Part shown: positions 25,897 to 34,744 of the stretch, piece by piece
Position numbering within the stretch: the stretch's first letter is position 1
How the letters are laid out: each line of letters starts with the position of its first letter
NCBI GenBank assembly: GCA_034419095.1
Contig: DAOULQ010000104.1
Coordinates: 1-56,062 of the forward strand
Direction of reading: 5' to 3'
Length of the DNA stretch: 56,062 nt
DNA from: Anaerolineae bacterium
GTDB taxonomy: Bacteria; Chloroflexota; Anaerolineae; UBA7937
Notes under the pieces: generated by a model
Databases searched by the model: none
Told to the model about the DNA's origin: nothing
The model's input: the letters and a program-made list of their open reading frames with translations, nothing else
Translations under genes and position numbers: made by a program

Positions 25897-26190
25897 CTAC
25901 CACCTCCATGTATCAACAAAGCCTCTTCCACACGACAATCACCAGGTGCTCTCTCCTCTGTCTTGATATCCAGGTCATTAAGCGCCACCACATCGCCGAA
26001 GCGTTTAGTGGCCTGATCGCAAACTACGTACGCCACCTTAGTACTCTCTTTTACCATGGGCCAGAGAGAGGTGGTAGGCCAATAGTTGGCAGAAACTATC
26101 GCCGTCACGGGGGGACAAGCGCAGCCGCCACCCGGCTCAGGAGTGTAGCTCCTGGCCCCCCGATGACCCACATCTTCAACTTCTCAGCCA

Positions 26191-27393
26191 CTACCCTCTC
26201 CCACTTGTGCAGTCCGAAGGTGATGCGTAGCCCCTTCGCGAGAGAAGGAAAACCGAACATGCTACCAGGGCTATGCCGCAGTTCACAAGGAACATGCGGG
26301 CCAAACCGACCTGGTCGTAGAGGAAACCGCCCAGGAGGGAGCCCGCAAAGGCCCCCAACCCGAAAGTGGTGCTACTGAAGATCGCCTGAGCCGTAGCCCC
26401 CAACCCAGCCGGGGCTAGCCTAGCGATATAGGTTACCCCACCCACAAGGAAAGCGGTGAAGGATATACCCTGTAGCAGCTGGACCACCACGACCCACTCG
26501 GGGACAGACATGACAGACAAAAGGGCCCACCGCAGGGCATAGACGAGGAAGGCTATGATCAGGAATCTGCGAACCCCCATCTGACGGATCAACGCCCCCG
26601 ACAGGAGCATCATAGGCACCTCGCTCATGGCCGCGACAGCCCAGGCCAAGCCTATCAACCCCTCGCTGGATCCAATCGCTGCCATATATATACTGAAGAA
26701 TTGGTTTGCCCCAGCAATGGTTACCGATAGCAAGAAGACACTGACCAGGAATAGTACGGTGGAGCGTTGGCCTAGGATCTGCCTCAAGCCCTCTAGTAGG
26801 GGTTTCTGCCAGAGCTGCCGCCGTGGCGGTTGGAAGAGGGAAACTATGATCGCCACAGCCATGAATGCTGCGAAGGCATAGAAGAAGCGGCCTAGTTGAT
26901 CCTGTATCAGCCACCCCACTGCCCAGGTAGAGACGATCCAACCCAGTGTTCCCCATACTCTTAGTTGGCCGTAACTTCTGGCCTGCCTAGAGGCTACCTC
27001 CAACGCTGCGCTATCCATGAGTGGCGCGATGGCGCTGCCGAAGAAGGCATAGGTAAGGGAGATCAAGAAAAGCAGGGTGAAGAGGGAGGTGAGGGAGTAG
27101 GAAAAGCCTGCCACAAGAGTGCCCACCAGAGCCAAGGTCAAAAGATGCCGATGCATCCCCAAGCGGTCGGCAAATCCGCCCCAAAGGGTTGCCGCGAAGG
27201 GGCTCATGAGCGCCGGGATAGAGGCCAGGAAGCCTATCTGCAAGCCGCTGAGCCCTATCCGTTTGTAGTAGAGGTTGAGGAAGGGGTAGAACGCTCCCAG
27301 CGCCAGATAGTAGCAGAAGTAGAAGGAGCGCGCATAGAGCAACCCGCCTCCGCTTTGCCTTTTTCGTCTTCTAACTCCCCTGCCTTGATCCAT
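26191..27393 (-). CDS. MFS transporter (12 TM)
   Basis: 400 aa with about 12 hydrophobic helices. The N-terminus YFCYYLALGAFYPFLNLYYKRIGLSG resembles the MFS_1-like / HcaT-type subfamily. Confidence 0.85.
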   Translation of the reverse strand: MDQGRGVRRRKRQSGGGLLYARSFYFCYYLALGAFYPFLNLYYKRIGLSGLQIGFLASIPALMSPFAATLWGGFADRLGMHRHLLTLALVGTLVAGFSYSLTSLFTLLFLISLTYAFFGSAIAPLMDSAALEVASRQARSYGQLRVWGTLGWIVSTWAVGWLIQDQLGRFFYAFAAFMAVAIIVSLFQPPRRQLWQKPLLEGLRQILGQRSTVLFLVSVFLLSVTIAGANQFFSIYMAAIGSSEGLIGLAWAVAAMSEVPMMLLSGALIRQMGVRRFLIIAFLVYALRWALLSVMSVPEWVVVVQLLQGISFTAFLVGGVTYIARLAPAGLGATAQAIFSSTTFGLGAFAGSLLGGFLYDQVGLARMFLVNCGIALVACSVFLLSRRGYASPSDCTSGRG

Positions 27394-27489
27394 GATCTCT
27401 GGATTCCTCCAATGCGGATGGCGCGAGCGATGCGATTATCTGGTGGAAGGCCAAAGAGGTCAAATCCTCCGGTGGCAACATCTACTGCG

Positions 27490-27634
27490 AATAGCGCGCA
27501 TCAAAGCCCGGGTTATACCAGGCGGTGTTGAGATGCCCTCACAAGAGATGGAGATATCAAGATCCAGCAAATCCAGAGCCAGGCTCTTGCTAAGCGCTAT
27601 GACCCCCGCCTCTGCGGCCTCAAGAGCATAGTCT
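27490..27634 (-). pseudogene. decayed SDR gene relic
   Basis: Minus-strand translation DYALEAAEAGVIALSKSLALDLLDLDISISCEGISTPPGITRALM mirrors the SDR core Y-x3-K-AGV-x-LTKSLA-ELA..I-VN-I-PG-I-T. The catalytic Lys is lost and there is no intact ORF. Confidence 0.4.
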
Positions 27635-27857
27635 TGCAGCTAACGCTAGTATGTCCACACCACCGAGTTCAGTTAGGACCCGAACCACCTGTTCTCCACT
27701 GGCGAGGGCTGCCCCAGACGCGTCAGCGTCGGCCCCCGCCGCTGCCTCCGCAGCAAATCCTTGCGCCATCTCCGCGGATCATGAAACTGTCGCCGGTGAT
27801 CAGGGCTGCCACTCACCCCCAAGACCTCATCTGAGCGCCGCTCTTCTTCGCCAACCC

Positions 27858-28664
27858 CTAACCGCATAAAGTCTTGTAGTTGACCAACTGGATACCCAGC
27901 GCCTCGATGCGGGAGCGAACGTCAGGGGCGCAGAGCAGCCGCAGCTCCTCTTCCCGGGGCCCGGTATAGGTGTCTATCTCTTTCAGCTCTTGGTCCACGT
28001 AGCCCGGATGGCACATTAGCTCACTGATCCCCTCGTCCAGGCCCTCTAGGATGCGAACAAGCGTCTCCATCTGTACAGTTTGGTCGTAGAAATCGCTTAT
28101 AAAACGATCGGGGTGAGGAACGCCTTTCTCGACTAACATCCTTCGATCGACATCCAAATCCGAAAGGAGCTCCTCGGGGGCCACACCAGCGGACAGGGGT
28201 GCCCGCACCGGCACCCCCAATTCGACGGCCAGTTCCAAATAGAGCCTAAAGAAGGGCGGCCAGAGGAAGGCAAAGTGGTGACCATCCAGGTGATCGGGAG
28301 ACCGTCCTGCTGCCCGCTGGAAAGCCTCTACCTGAGCCCTCCACTCCCTTTCCAGCTCACTAAGATCTATCTCTTCTCTTAAGGCTAGTTGCTGCTCCCA
28401 CCCCCGGAAGCCGCTACTTTCGTTTAGCAGCGAAGGGACTTGGGACGGAGGTGAAAAGGGCGTCCCTGCCGTGAAGACCAAATGCAGACCCAGCCCCAGA
28501 TCGCACTCCTTGGAGGCTAGATTGACCCACTCCTGCGACCAGGGGAGATTCATCATAGCGCTAGAGCTGGTGACGATCCCCTCTCTATGTGCATCCAGGA
28601 TTCCCCGCGCTACGGCTGGCGAGAACGCGAAATCGTCGGCGTTGACTATTAACCACTTACTCAT
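27858..28664 (-). CDS. chbG: ChbG/YdjC-family carbohydrate (chitooligosaccharide) deacetylase
   Basis: MSKWLIVNADDFAFSPAVARGILDAHREGIVTSSSAMMN and GLHLVFT, the YdjC signature with Asp and His metal ligands. Confidence 0.85.
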   Translation of the reverse strand: MSKWLIVNADDFAFSPAVARGILDAHREGIVTSSSAMMNLPWSQEWVNLASKECDLGLGLHLVFTAGTPFSPPSQVPSLLNESSGFRGWEQQLALREEIDLSELEREWRAQVEAFQRAAGRSPDHLDGHHFAFLWPPFFRLYLELAVELGVPVRAPLSAGVAPEELLSDLDVDRRMLVEKGVPHPDRFISDFYDQTVQMETLVRILEGLDEGISELMCHPGYVDQELKEIDTYTGPREEELRLLCAPDVRSRIEALGIQLVNYKTLCG

Positions 28665-29959
28665 CAGGAGAAGAACCGGGGGAGGTACTCCCTATCGGCC
28701 TTCAGCACCCGCTCCAAGTAGCCCTTAGCCTTATCGTAGGACCCAACCAGCGGGTTTGCCATCAGAGCCGCCAGGGCCACTCGGCGATCCCCTGTTAGGG
28801 CTGCCTCTACGGTGAGCTCCTCGTAGGCCTTTACCGCCTGGACCAAGCCTCGCACAGCCAGGGGCATGGCGCCGAGAGACAAAGGCTTGATACCTGAGCG
28901 CTGCACCATGGCGGGTATCTCTACGCATACGGCCGGCGGTAATTCAGGCAGCATCCCCTCATTCCTCACGTCCAGGACAAGACGCGCCCCCTTATCCAGC
29001 ACCATGCTCTCCATGACATCCAGCGCGGCCTCTGCGTAGTGGGTGCCACCTTTCTTGTCCAAGAGTTGTTCCGCCTCGGAGCCAAACTCCCCAGCAGTAT
29101 ACATTTCCATCAACCGGACCTCGATCTCCACGTCCCCTTCGCCGCGCACGGTAGCCGCCTTCTTTTGCTCCGCCAATATGGCATCGGGGCAACAATAGAA
29201 GCGAACATACCAGTTGGGCACCATCCCCCAGGTGCGCAGTAGCTCCGGTGAGATCAATCGGTCCACCAGTCCGCGCCGGTATAGACCCTTGTCGGGAGCA
29301 ATGGATTCGGCTATTAGACCGGGGAGAACGTCTTCTCCATCCAGGTACACTCCCCGCACCCAAGCCAGGTGGTTAAGCCCAAAGTAGTCTAAGGTGACTC
29401 GCTCCGGCTCCACTTTTAGGTATTCGCTGAACCAGATGCGCAGATCGGTAGGGATATTGCACAGCCCCACGATGCGGGCCGCGGTGTGCTTAAGCACCGC
29501 CTCAGTGACTATCCCCGAGGGGTTAGTGAAATTAATGATCAAAGCCTGAGGGCTAAGACGCTCCACCATCTCGGCTAGCTCTACCGCATAGGGCACGATG
29601 CGCAGAGCACTCGTAAACCCTCCCGCGCCTACCGTCTCGTTGCCCACCATATCGAAATCTAGCGGAGTTCGCTCGTCTCGCGTCCTCGCTGCCAGACCCC
29701 CTATCCGCACCTGGGAGATCAGAAAGTCGGCCCCCTTAATGGCTCGCTCCGCCTCAGAGGTTGTTTCCACCTTCGTCTCTACTCCGGCCTCACGGTGCAG
29801 GGCGCGCACCAGCGAGGCCATGACTTCCAGCTTCTCTCGGTTCGGATCCATCAGTACGATCTGACTCACTGGCATCTGGACATGGCGTTCGATGAGGCCT
29901 TTCACCACCCGTGGCGTATAACTGCTGGCCCCTCCTACGATCCCCAATTTGATTGTCAT
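28664..29959 (-). CDS. GH4 NAD/Mn-dependent 6-phospho-beta-glucosidase (ChbF/LicH/BglT-like)
   Basis: KLGIVGGASSYTPRVVKGL, NETVGAGG, INFTNPSGIVTEA, VGLCNIP. 431 aa. Confidence 0.9.
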   Translation of the reverse strand: MTIKLGIVGGASSYTPRVVKGLIERHVQMPVSQIVLMDPNREKLEVMASLVRALHREAGVETKVETTSEAERAIKGADFLISQVRIGGLAARTRDERTPLDFDMVGNETVGAGGFTSALRIVPYAVELAEMVERLSPQALIINFTNPSGIVTEAVLKHTAARIVGLCNIPTDLRIWFSEYLKVEPERVTLDYFGLNHLAWVRGVYLDGEDVLPGLIAESIAPDKGLYRRGLVDRLISPELLRTWGMVPNWYVRFYCCPDAILAEQKKAATVRGEGDVEIEVRLMEMYTAGEFGSEAEQLLDKKGGTHYAEAALDVMESMVLDKGARLVLDVRNEGMLPELPPAVCVEIPAMVQRSGIKPLSLGAMPLAVRGLVQAVKAYEELTVEAALTGDRRVALAALMANPLVGSYDKAKGYLERVLKADREYLPRFFS

Positions 29960-29988
29960 GGCTTATACCCCCTGTCTAGAACACAAGG

Positions 29989-30843
29989 CTAGGCTTTGAA
30001 GGCCCCGGCGGTCAAACCGGCGAGAAAATGCCGCTGCATAGCCAAGACCAGTATGATCACCGGCACTGTTGCCAGCACCGAAGCGGCCATCTGAACCCCC
30101 CAGACCACCATGCCCTGGCGCATCTGCATCTGGGCTATTCCGATCGCCAGAGTGTACATATCCTCCTGACGTAGCATCACCAAAGGCCATAGATAGTCGT
30201 TCCATACGAATATGAACCTGAAGATGGCTAAGGTAGCCAGGGCCGGACGGCTGAGAGGTACGACGATCTGCCAGAACCTGCGGAATGCGCCCGCCCCATC
30301 CACTTTGGCTGCGTCTAGGAGTTCATCGGGGATGGTTTCCATGTATTGTCTCAATAGGAAGATACCGTACGCGTCCACAACTGCTGGCAGGATCAGCGCC
30401 CGGTAGGTGTTGACCAGATGCAGCTTTGAAAAAAGCCAGAAGGCAGGGATCAGCGTAGCGTAGATTGGCAACATCATCGTGCCGATCATCGTCCAGAAGA
30501 GCACTTTCTTTCCCCTGAACTCAAACTTGGCGAAGGTGTAAGCGGCCAACGCGTCGGTGAATAATACGAACACCAGGCTGAGGGCAGTGACAATGATGGT
30601 GTTCTTGTAGTATGCACCATACTTATATTGCAGGTTGTACTGCTCTCCAAACTGGTAGCCGAAGAAGATTCGCCTGTACGACTCTAATGTTGGCTGGCGG
30701 GGAAATACATTAACCGAAAATATCTCTCCATCGGGTTTGAAGGACATAGCCATCATCCAGACGTAGGGGAAGAGATAGAGGATGGCAAAGATGCAAAGAA
30801 ACACCACCATCCCGGTCTTCAGTATTCGTTGCCTTGGGCCCAT
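29989..30843 (-). CDS. CUT1 carbohydrate ABC transporter permease (MalG-like)
   Basis: ATG at 30843 preceded by GGAGGAGGA. EAA loop DELLDAAKVDGAGAFRRFWQIVVPLSRPAL. The 400-aa track ORF (to 31191) overlaps the upstream gene and is rejected. Confidence 0.9.
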   Translation of the reverse strand: MGPRQRILKTGMVVFLCIFAILYLFPYVWMMAMSFKPDGEIFSVNVFPRQPTLESYRRIFFGYQFGEQYNLQYKYGAYYKNTIIVTALSLVFVLFTDALAAYTFAKFEFRGKKVLFWTMIGTMMLPIYATLIPAFWLFSKLHLVNTYRALILPAVVDAYGIFLLRQYMETIPDELLDAAKVDGAGAFRRFWQIVVPLSRPALATLAIFRFIFVWNDYLWPLVMLRQEDMYTLAIGIAQMQMRQGMVVWGVQMAASVLATVPVIILVLAMQRHFLAGLTAGAFKA

Positions 30844-30905
30844 TCCACATCCTCCTCCGCTAGACTGCGCAGCAGCGCTAGAAGCTTCTTCGACGTGCGG
30901 CGAGG

Positions 30906-31820
30906 TTAGTACTCGACCTCTGACTGCACAAACCGGAAGTTGAGCCAACTGCCTACAAACATCATGATGGTCAGGACCACAGCGATCGCTGAGGCGTAAC
31001 CAAACTTGTGATACTGGAAGCCAGAGTCGTATAGGTAGAGGGATAGGGTCTGCGAAGCCCGTATCGGACCGCCCCCGGTCATCAGCTGGATCTGGGCGAA
31101 GATCCCCAATAGGAAGATCACGCTGGTCACCAATACAAATAGCAGGCAGGGTCGGAGGAGAGGAAAGGTGATGTGGAAAAACTCGGCCCAATCCCCAGCG
31201 CCGTCAATCTTCGCCGCATCGTACAGCTCCCGAGGGATACTCTTAAGACCTGCGGCGAAGATAAGCGCATCCCAACCCAAGCCGGCCCAGATGAGCATGA
31301 CGATAATGGATGGTAGGACCAGCTTAGGGTCTTTGAGCCACTCTTGCGCCGGTAAACCCATTTGTTGCAAGAAAGCGTTGATGTAACCGTAGTCAGCGCT
31401 GTACAGCTGCTTCCAGACATAGGTGATGACTACGGCAGAGGTCACAGAGGGAAGGAAGAAGATCGCTCTGAGCCAACCAGCCAATCTCTCCCCGACTTTG
31501 TCCAAAAGCACTGCCAGGAATAGGGAGCCCGCTGGGCCCACGATGGTGCATGTCACGGTGATGATCATCGTCACCCGGAAGGCGTTCCAGAATCTGTGAT
31601 CCTGAAATAGATTGACGAGGTTCTGTAGACCTACGAACTCTATCGGACTCATGCCGTTCCATTGTGCCACACTGAGGAAGAGGGAGAAGGCGATAGGGAT
31701 GAGCTGGAAAGCTACAAAACCGAGAAAGAAAGGAGATATGAAAATGTAGGGGGTGAACTTCCTCCAGAGACGTGACCAGGTTGCTTCTCGCCCCGGGTGA
31801 AGGGTATCGGCCGCTGCCAT
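30906..31820 (-). CDS. CUT1 carbohydrate ABC transporter permease (MalF-like)
   Basis: EAA loop RELYDAAKIDGAGDWAEFFHITFPLLRPC. ATG at 31820 preceded by AGGAGA. The track GTG at 31853 is possible. Confidence 0.9.
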   Translation of the reverse strand: MAAADTLHPGREATWSRLWRKFTPYIFISPFFLGFVAFQLIPIAFSLFLSVAQWNGMSPIEFVGLQNLVNLFQDHRFWNAFRVTMIITVTCTIVGPAGSLFLAVLLDKVGERLAGWLRAIFFLPSVTSAVVITYVWKQLYSADYGYINAFLQQMGLPAQEWLKDPKLVLPSIIVMLIWAGLGWDALIFAAGLKSIPRELYDAAKIDGAGDWAEFFHITFPLLRPCLLFVLVTSVIFLLGIFAQIQLMTGGGPIRASQTLSLYLYDSGFQYHKFGYASAIAVVLTIMMFVGSWLNFRFVQSEVEY

Positions 31821-31863
31821 CTTTTCTCGTCTCCTCTTGTAGTTATGCCTCACGGTGATAGAA

Positions 31864-31897
31864 GGGTTCCGGCTGGTCTCCTAACCAGCCGGAACCC
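31864..31897 (-). promoter_or_regulatory. perfect 13-bp intercistronic stem-loop between the binding-protein and permease genes
   Basis: GGGTTCCGGCTGG (31864-31876) pairs with CCAGCCGGAACCC (31885-31897), with an 8-nt loop. Confidence 0.5.
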
Positions 31898-31909
31898 GTT
31901 GTACGCTGG

Positions 31910-33244
31910 CTACTGCAGCGGGGGTGCGGCGGCTACAGCCTCATCGAGAGCCTCCTTTGCCATCGCCTCGCCAGTAGTCACCCTGCTGATAGCCTCGCCG
32001 ATCAGGTCAGAAACCTCCAACGAGGGGAGCTGCATGGGCATGGTGCGCAGCGACATCTCGCTAAGAGTATCGCCCAGCGCAACACCGAAGTACTCGTTGA
32101 CCTCGTCGAAGGCAGGGTCGTCCCAACAGGTTATCAGCGCCGGCACGCCCGCGACGATCCTGTAATACTCGGCCATCGACTCAGGCGTCTCGGCGTACTT
32201 GAGGAACTCCCAAGCCAGGTCCGGATCATCGGCCCCTGTGGGTATGGAGAGACACGCTCCTCCGACGGCTGCATCGTACGGCCGTCCCTCCTCCCCCCAG
32301 GGCAGAGCTGCGATAGCCCATTGCCCGGCCATGTCCGGAGCACCCGAGGCGATCTCGGTGGCGAACCAAGAGCCGTGCATAACTCCCATCACGTCGCCGC
32401 CGCTGAGAGCCACCATCGGATCACCGTCTATGTCCCAGTCCCAGAGTCGGCCCACCTGGTGAACGTTGACCAGATCGGAGTAGAGTTGCAGGGCTTCGAC
32501 CGCTACATCGCTGTTGAAGATGTATTCGGTGCCCTCATCGTTCATGAGGTTGCCGCCCATGGGAGCCAGAAAGCTCTGGTACCAGGCATAGTAGTCGCCT
32601 TGGTAGATGATGACGGCCGGCTTGCCAGTCTGTGCGACGACCTCCTCGGCCAGAGAGATGAACTCCTCCGTCGTGCGAGGCATCTCGGTCATCCCCAGAG
32701 CCTCCATAGCCGCCTCGTAGACGTCCTTGCGGTAAAAAAGGAGGTTCCAGTCTAGGTCTAGTGGCACGCCGTACTGCACGCCCTGCCAACTGTACAGGTT
32801 CCAGCCGCCCGGCACGAAGTCATCGACGTTGAGCTCCTCCTCCGCTTTGTCCAGAGGAAGTACAGTCCCACCTCGAATCAGATCCCCGGTCCACATGGGG
32901 TCGAGGGTGACCACGTCAGGTACCCCCACCCCAGAGGCCAAGGTGCTGATCACCATGTCTTGATAGGGATCATACTCGAAGCGTTGAACGTCCACCGTGA
33001 CGCCCGGATGCTCTGCCTCAAAACCCGGCGCGATGGCATCCAGCCAGTCGGCGGTCCAGACGAAGCCCCACACAGTAACCGTCCGCTCCTCGGGAGGAGG
33101 CGGTGGAGGGGGCGTCGGCGTTGGGGCAGGGGGCGTGACACCTGGCGGGCTCGTCGGCGTCGGTGCCACTGGCGTGGCGGGGGCCGCACAAGCTGCCAAA
33201 CCAACCACCAAACCCACACTCAACAAGACCAGCAACTTCTTCAC
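31910..33244 (-). CDS. ABC transporter extracellular solute-binding lipoprotein (family 1) with Pro/Thr-rich linker
   Basis: GTG start. MKKLLVLLSVGLVVGLAACAAP lipobox, then PTPTSPPGVTPPAPTPTPPPPPPPE and an SBP_bac_1-like body. Confidence 0.9.
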   Translation of the reverse strand: MKKLLVLLSVGLVVGLAACAAPATPVAPTPTSPPGVTPPAPTPTPPPPPPPEERTVTVWGFVWTADWLDAIAPGFEAEHPGVTVDVQRFEYDPYQDMVISTLASGVGVPDVVTLDPMWTGDLIRGGTVLPLDKAEEELNVDDFVPGGWNLYSWQGVQYGVPLDLDWNLLFYRKDVYEAAMEALGMTEMPRTTEEFISLAEEVVAQTGKPAVIIYQGDYYAWYQSFLAPMGGNLMNDEGTEYIFNSDVAVEALQLYSDLVNVHQVGRLWDWDIDGDPMVALSGGDVMGVMHGSWFATEIASGAPDMAGQWAIAALPWGEEGRPYDAAVGGACLSIPTGADDPDLAWEFLKYAETPESMAEYYRIVAGVPALITCWDDPAFDEVNEYFGVALGDTLSEMSLRTMPMQLPSLEVSDLIGEAISRVTTGEAMAKEALDEAVAAAPPLQ

Positions 33245-33338
33245 TTCTCAACCTCCTTGGCCCTCGGCCAACTAGACTAGATAGTCTTCCAACTCACTTC
33301 ACTGCGCTGAAGTTTACTCGGCGCTCATCACCTCCTTC
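33144..33338 (-). repeat. leader plus signal-peptide block, near-identical inverted copy of 39868-40050
   Basis: The first 101 coding nt differ at 7 positions from the partner. The ~80-nt leaders are also alignable, with one ~15-nt indel. The remainder of the two genes is only ~30% identical at protein level. Confidence 0.85.
33273..33286. promoter_or_regulatory. palindrome AGACTA-GA-TAGTCT in the SBP leader (candidate operator)
   Basis: Perfect 6-2-6 inverted repeat 29-42 nt upstream of the SBP start, directly downstream of the ROK regulator gene. The paralogous leader has a degenerate version (AGACTGACTAGTTT, 39907-39920). Confidence 0.35.
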
Positions 33339-33353
33339 CTAATTATTCCCTTG

Positions 33354-34544
33354 TTACAGAAGCTGCTTGACCACGAAGTACTCCGACGTTGCGTTCAGGA
33401 CAAGCATGATGGCTCCCATGACGACAGCCCGACGCTCCAGCGACGATGCTACCAGTCGAGGGATAAAGGGCACCACCCCTTCCAGACGTTGGAAGATCGA
33501 TCCTATCAGTAGATCAGCCGAACCTGCCACTCCGCCGCCCAAGATGATGACCTCCGGGTCGAGGGTCGCGCTGATGTTGGCAATAGCAAGGCTTAGATAA
33601 TCGACCGTCTCACTTACCACTTGTTGGGCCAAGGATTCGCCGCTGCGCGCAGCGGCGAAGACATCCTCTGCACTCAACTCCTCTGGAATAGGCACACCCT
33701 CCTGCATCATAAGCTGGTGCGCACGATTGACGACACCGGGAGCCGAGGCCAGGTTCTCCAGCGCACCAAACTCGTCGTAGCGCTGGCCCAGGGGCTCGAT
33801 CCCCGGCAGCATGTAGCCGACTTCTCCGGCGGCCTGGTTGTGGCCCCGATATAGGGCGCCACCAATGATGATGCCAGCGCCAATCCCTGTGCCCACGGCG
33901 ATGGACACCAAATTCCGCACGCCGCGGCCGGCTCCGAATCCCAACTCGCCCAAGGCCGCCAGGTTAACGTCGTTCTCAACGAAGACAGGCACGTCGAAGC
34001 GATCGGCCAGGACCCCTTGCAGCGGCAGATCACGCCACCCTAGGCTAGGTGCCCAGGTAATGACGCCCTCTGGAGTCAAAGTTACGCCAGGCGCACCGAT
34101 GCCGATACCTCGGGTCTGCTGTCCAGGCGGCCGTGGGGCATCTAACAGCGCCTCGATCATCTCACACAAGCGTTCCAGATGATCACCTGGACTATCATCC
34201 TTCTTGTGGGCGATGTAGAGTTCGTGCTGTATGGTGCCCGACAGATCGGCCACCGTACCGAACATCTTAGTACCTCCCAGATCCACGCCTACGACGGCGT
34301 AGGCCTTGCCGTTGAACTCTACGAGGGAGGGCGGGCGCCCTCCGGTGGATTGGCCCTGGCTGTCGGAGGGCCGCACCAAGTCTTCATCCATCAAGTCATC
34401 GACGATACGCATCACCGTCGGTAGACTCATGTCCAACTGCAGGGCGATCTGAGACCGGGCGATAGGACTACTCTCCCGAATGAGTTCCAGTATGGCTGAG
34501 CGATTGATGCTTCGCATCAAGCTGGAGGTAACACTTTTTCTCAT
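33354..34544 (-). CDS. ROK-family transcriptional regulator (NagC/Mlc/XylR-like)
   Basis: N-terminal winged HTH LMRSINRSAILELIRESSPIARSQIALQLDMSLPTVMRIVDDLMDEDLV, followed by a ROK sugar-kinase-like domain (VGVDLGGTKM, GTGIGAGIIIGGALYRG). Confidence 0.85.
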   Translation of the reverse strand: MRKSVTSSLMRSINRSAILELIRESSPIARSQIALQLDMSLPTVMRIVDDLMDEDLVRPSDSQGQSTGGRPPSLVEFNGKAYAVVGVDLGGTKMFGTVADLSGTIQHELYIAHKKDDSPGDHLERLCEMIEALLDAPRPPGQQTRGIGIGAPGVTLTPEGVITWAPSLGWRDLPLQGVLADRFDVPVFVENDVNLAALGELGFGAGRGVRNLVSIAVGTGIGAGIIIGGALYRGHNQAAGEVGYMLPGIEPLGQRYDEFGALENLASAPGVVNRAHQLMMQEGVPIPEELSAEDVFAAARSGESLAQQVVSETVDYLSLAIANISATLDPEVIILGGGVAGSADLLIGSIFQRLEGVVPFIPRLVASSLERRAVVMGAIMLVLNATSEYFVVKQLL

Positions 34545-34631
34545 GACAGATGCGCTCCAAATCTTGGGAATTTTAGCTATGAACCTCTCACTCTAACTTA
34601 CTTTCAAACGGTTTGTAAGTAAACATAGCGC

Positions 34632-34660
34632 AAAATGAAGTATTTGTCAAGGGACAATAT
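34632..34660 (-). promoter_or_regulatory. candidate sigma-70-type promoter of the ROK regulator (TTGACA-17-TATGTT)
   Basis: On the minus strand, TTGACA (34660-34655), a 17-nt spacer, then TATGTT (34637-34632). It is immediately followed by an imperfect ~29-bp palindrome at 34605-34633. Confidence 0.45.
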
Positions 34661-34744
34661 TGGCGATAACCGTTCGACAACTAGTGAAACCAGGCTGTTC
34701 TGGGCTAGGTTGGCCCAGGCGTGGAGGTGAACAGTAGATTCACG

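Noticed and set aside
25890-26171. 93-aa ORF whose segment ATKRFGDVVALNDLDIKTEE resembles the N-terminus of an ABC ATPase (..K.FGG..AL.dv.l.i..GE).
   Set aside because: Only ~20 residues match, and no Walker A follows. It could be a tiny relic of the missing ATPase, but the evidence is too thin to call.
29971-29985. TGTCTAGAACA dre-like half-palindrome between the permease stop and the GH4 start.
   Set aside because: It is only a partial match in a 29-nt intercistronic gap. It is mentioned under the dre finding but not called as a feature.
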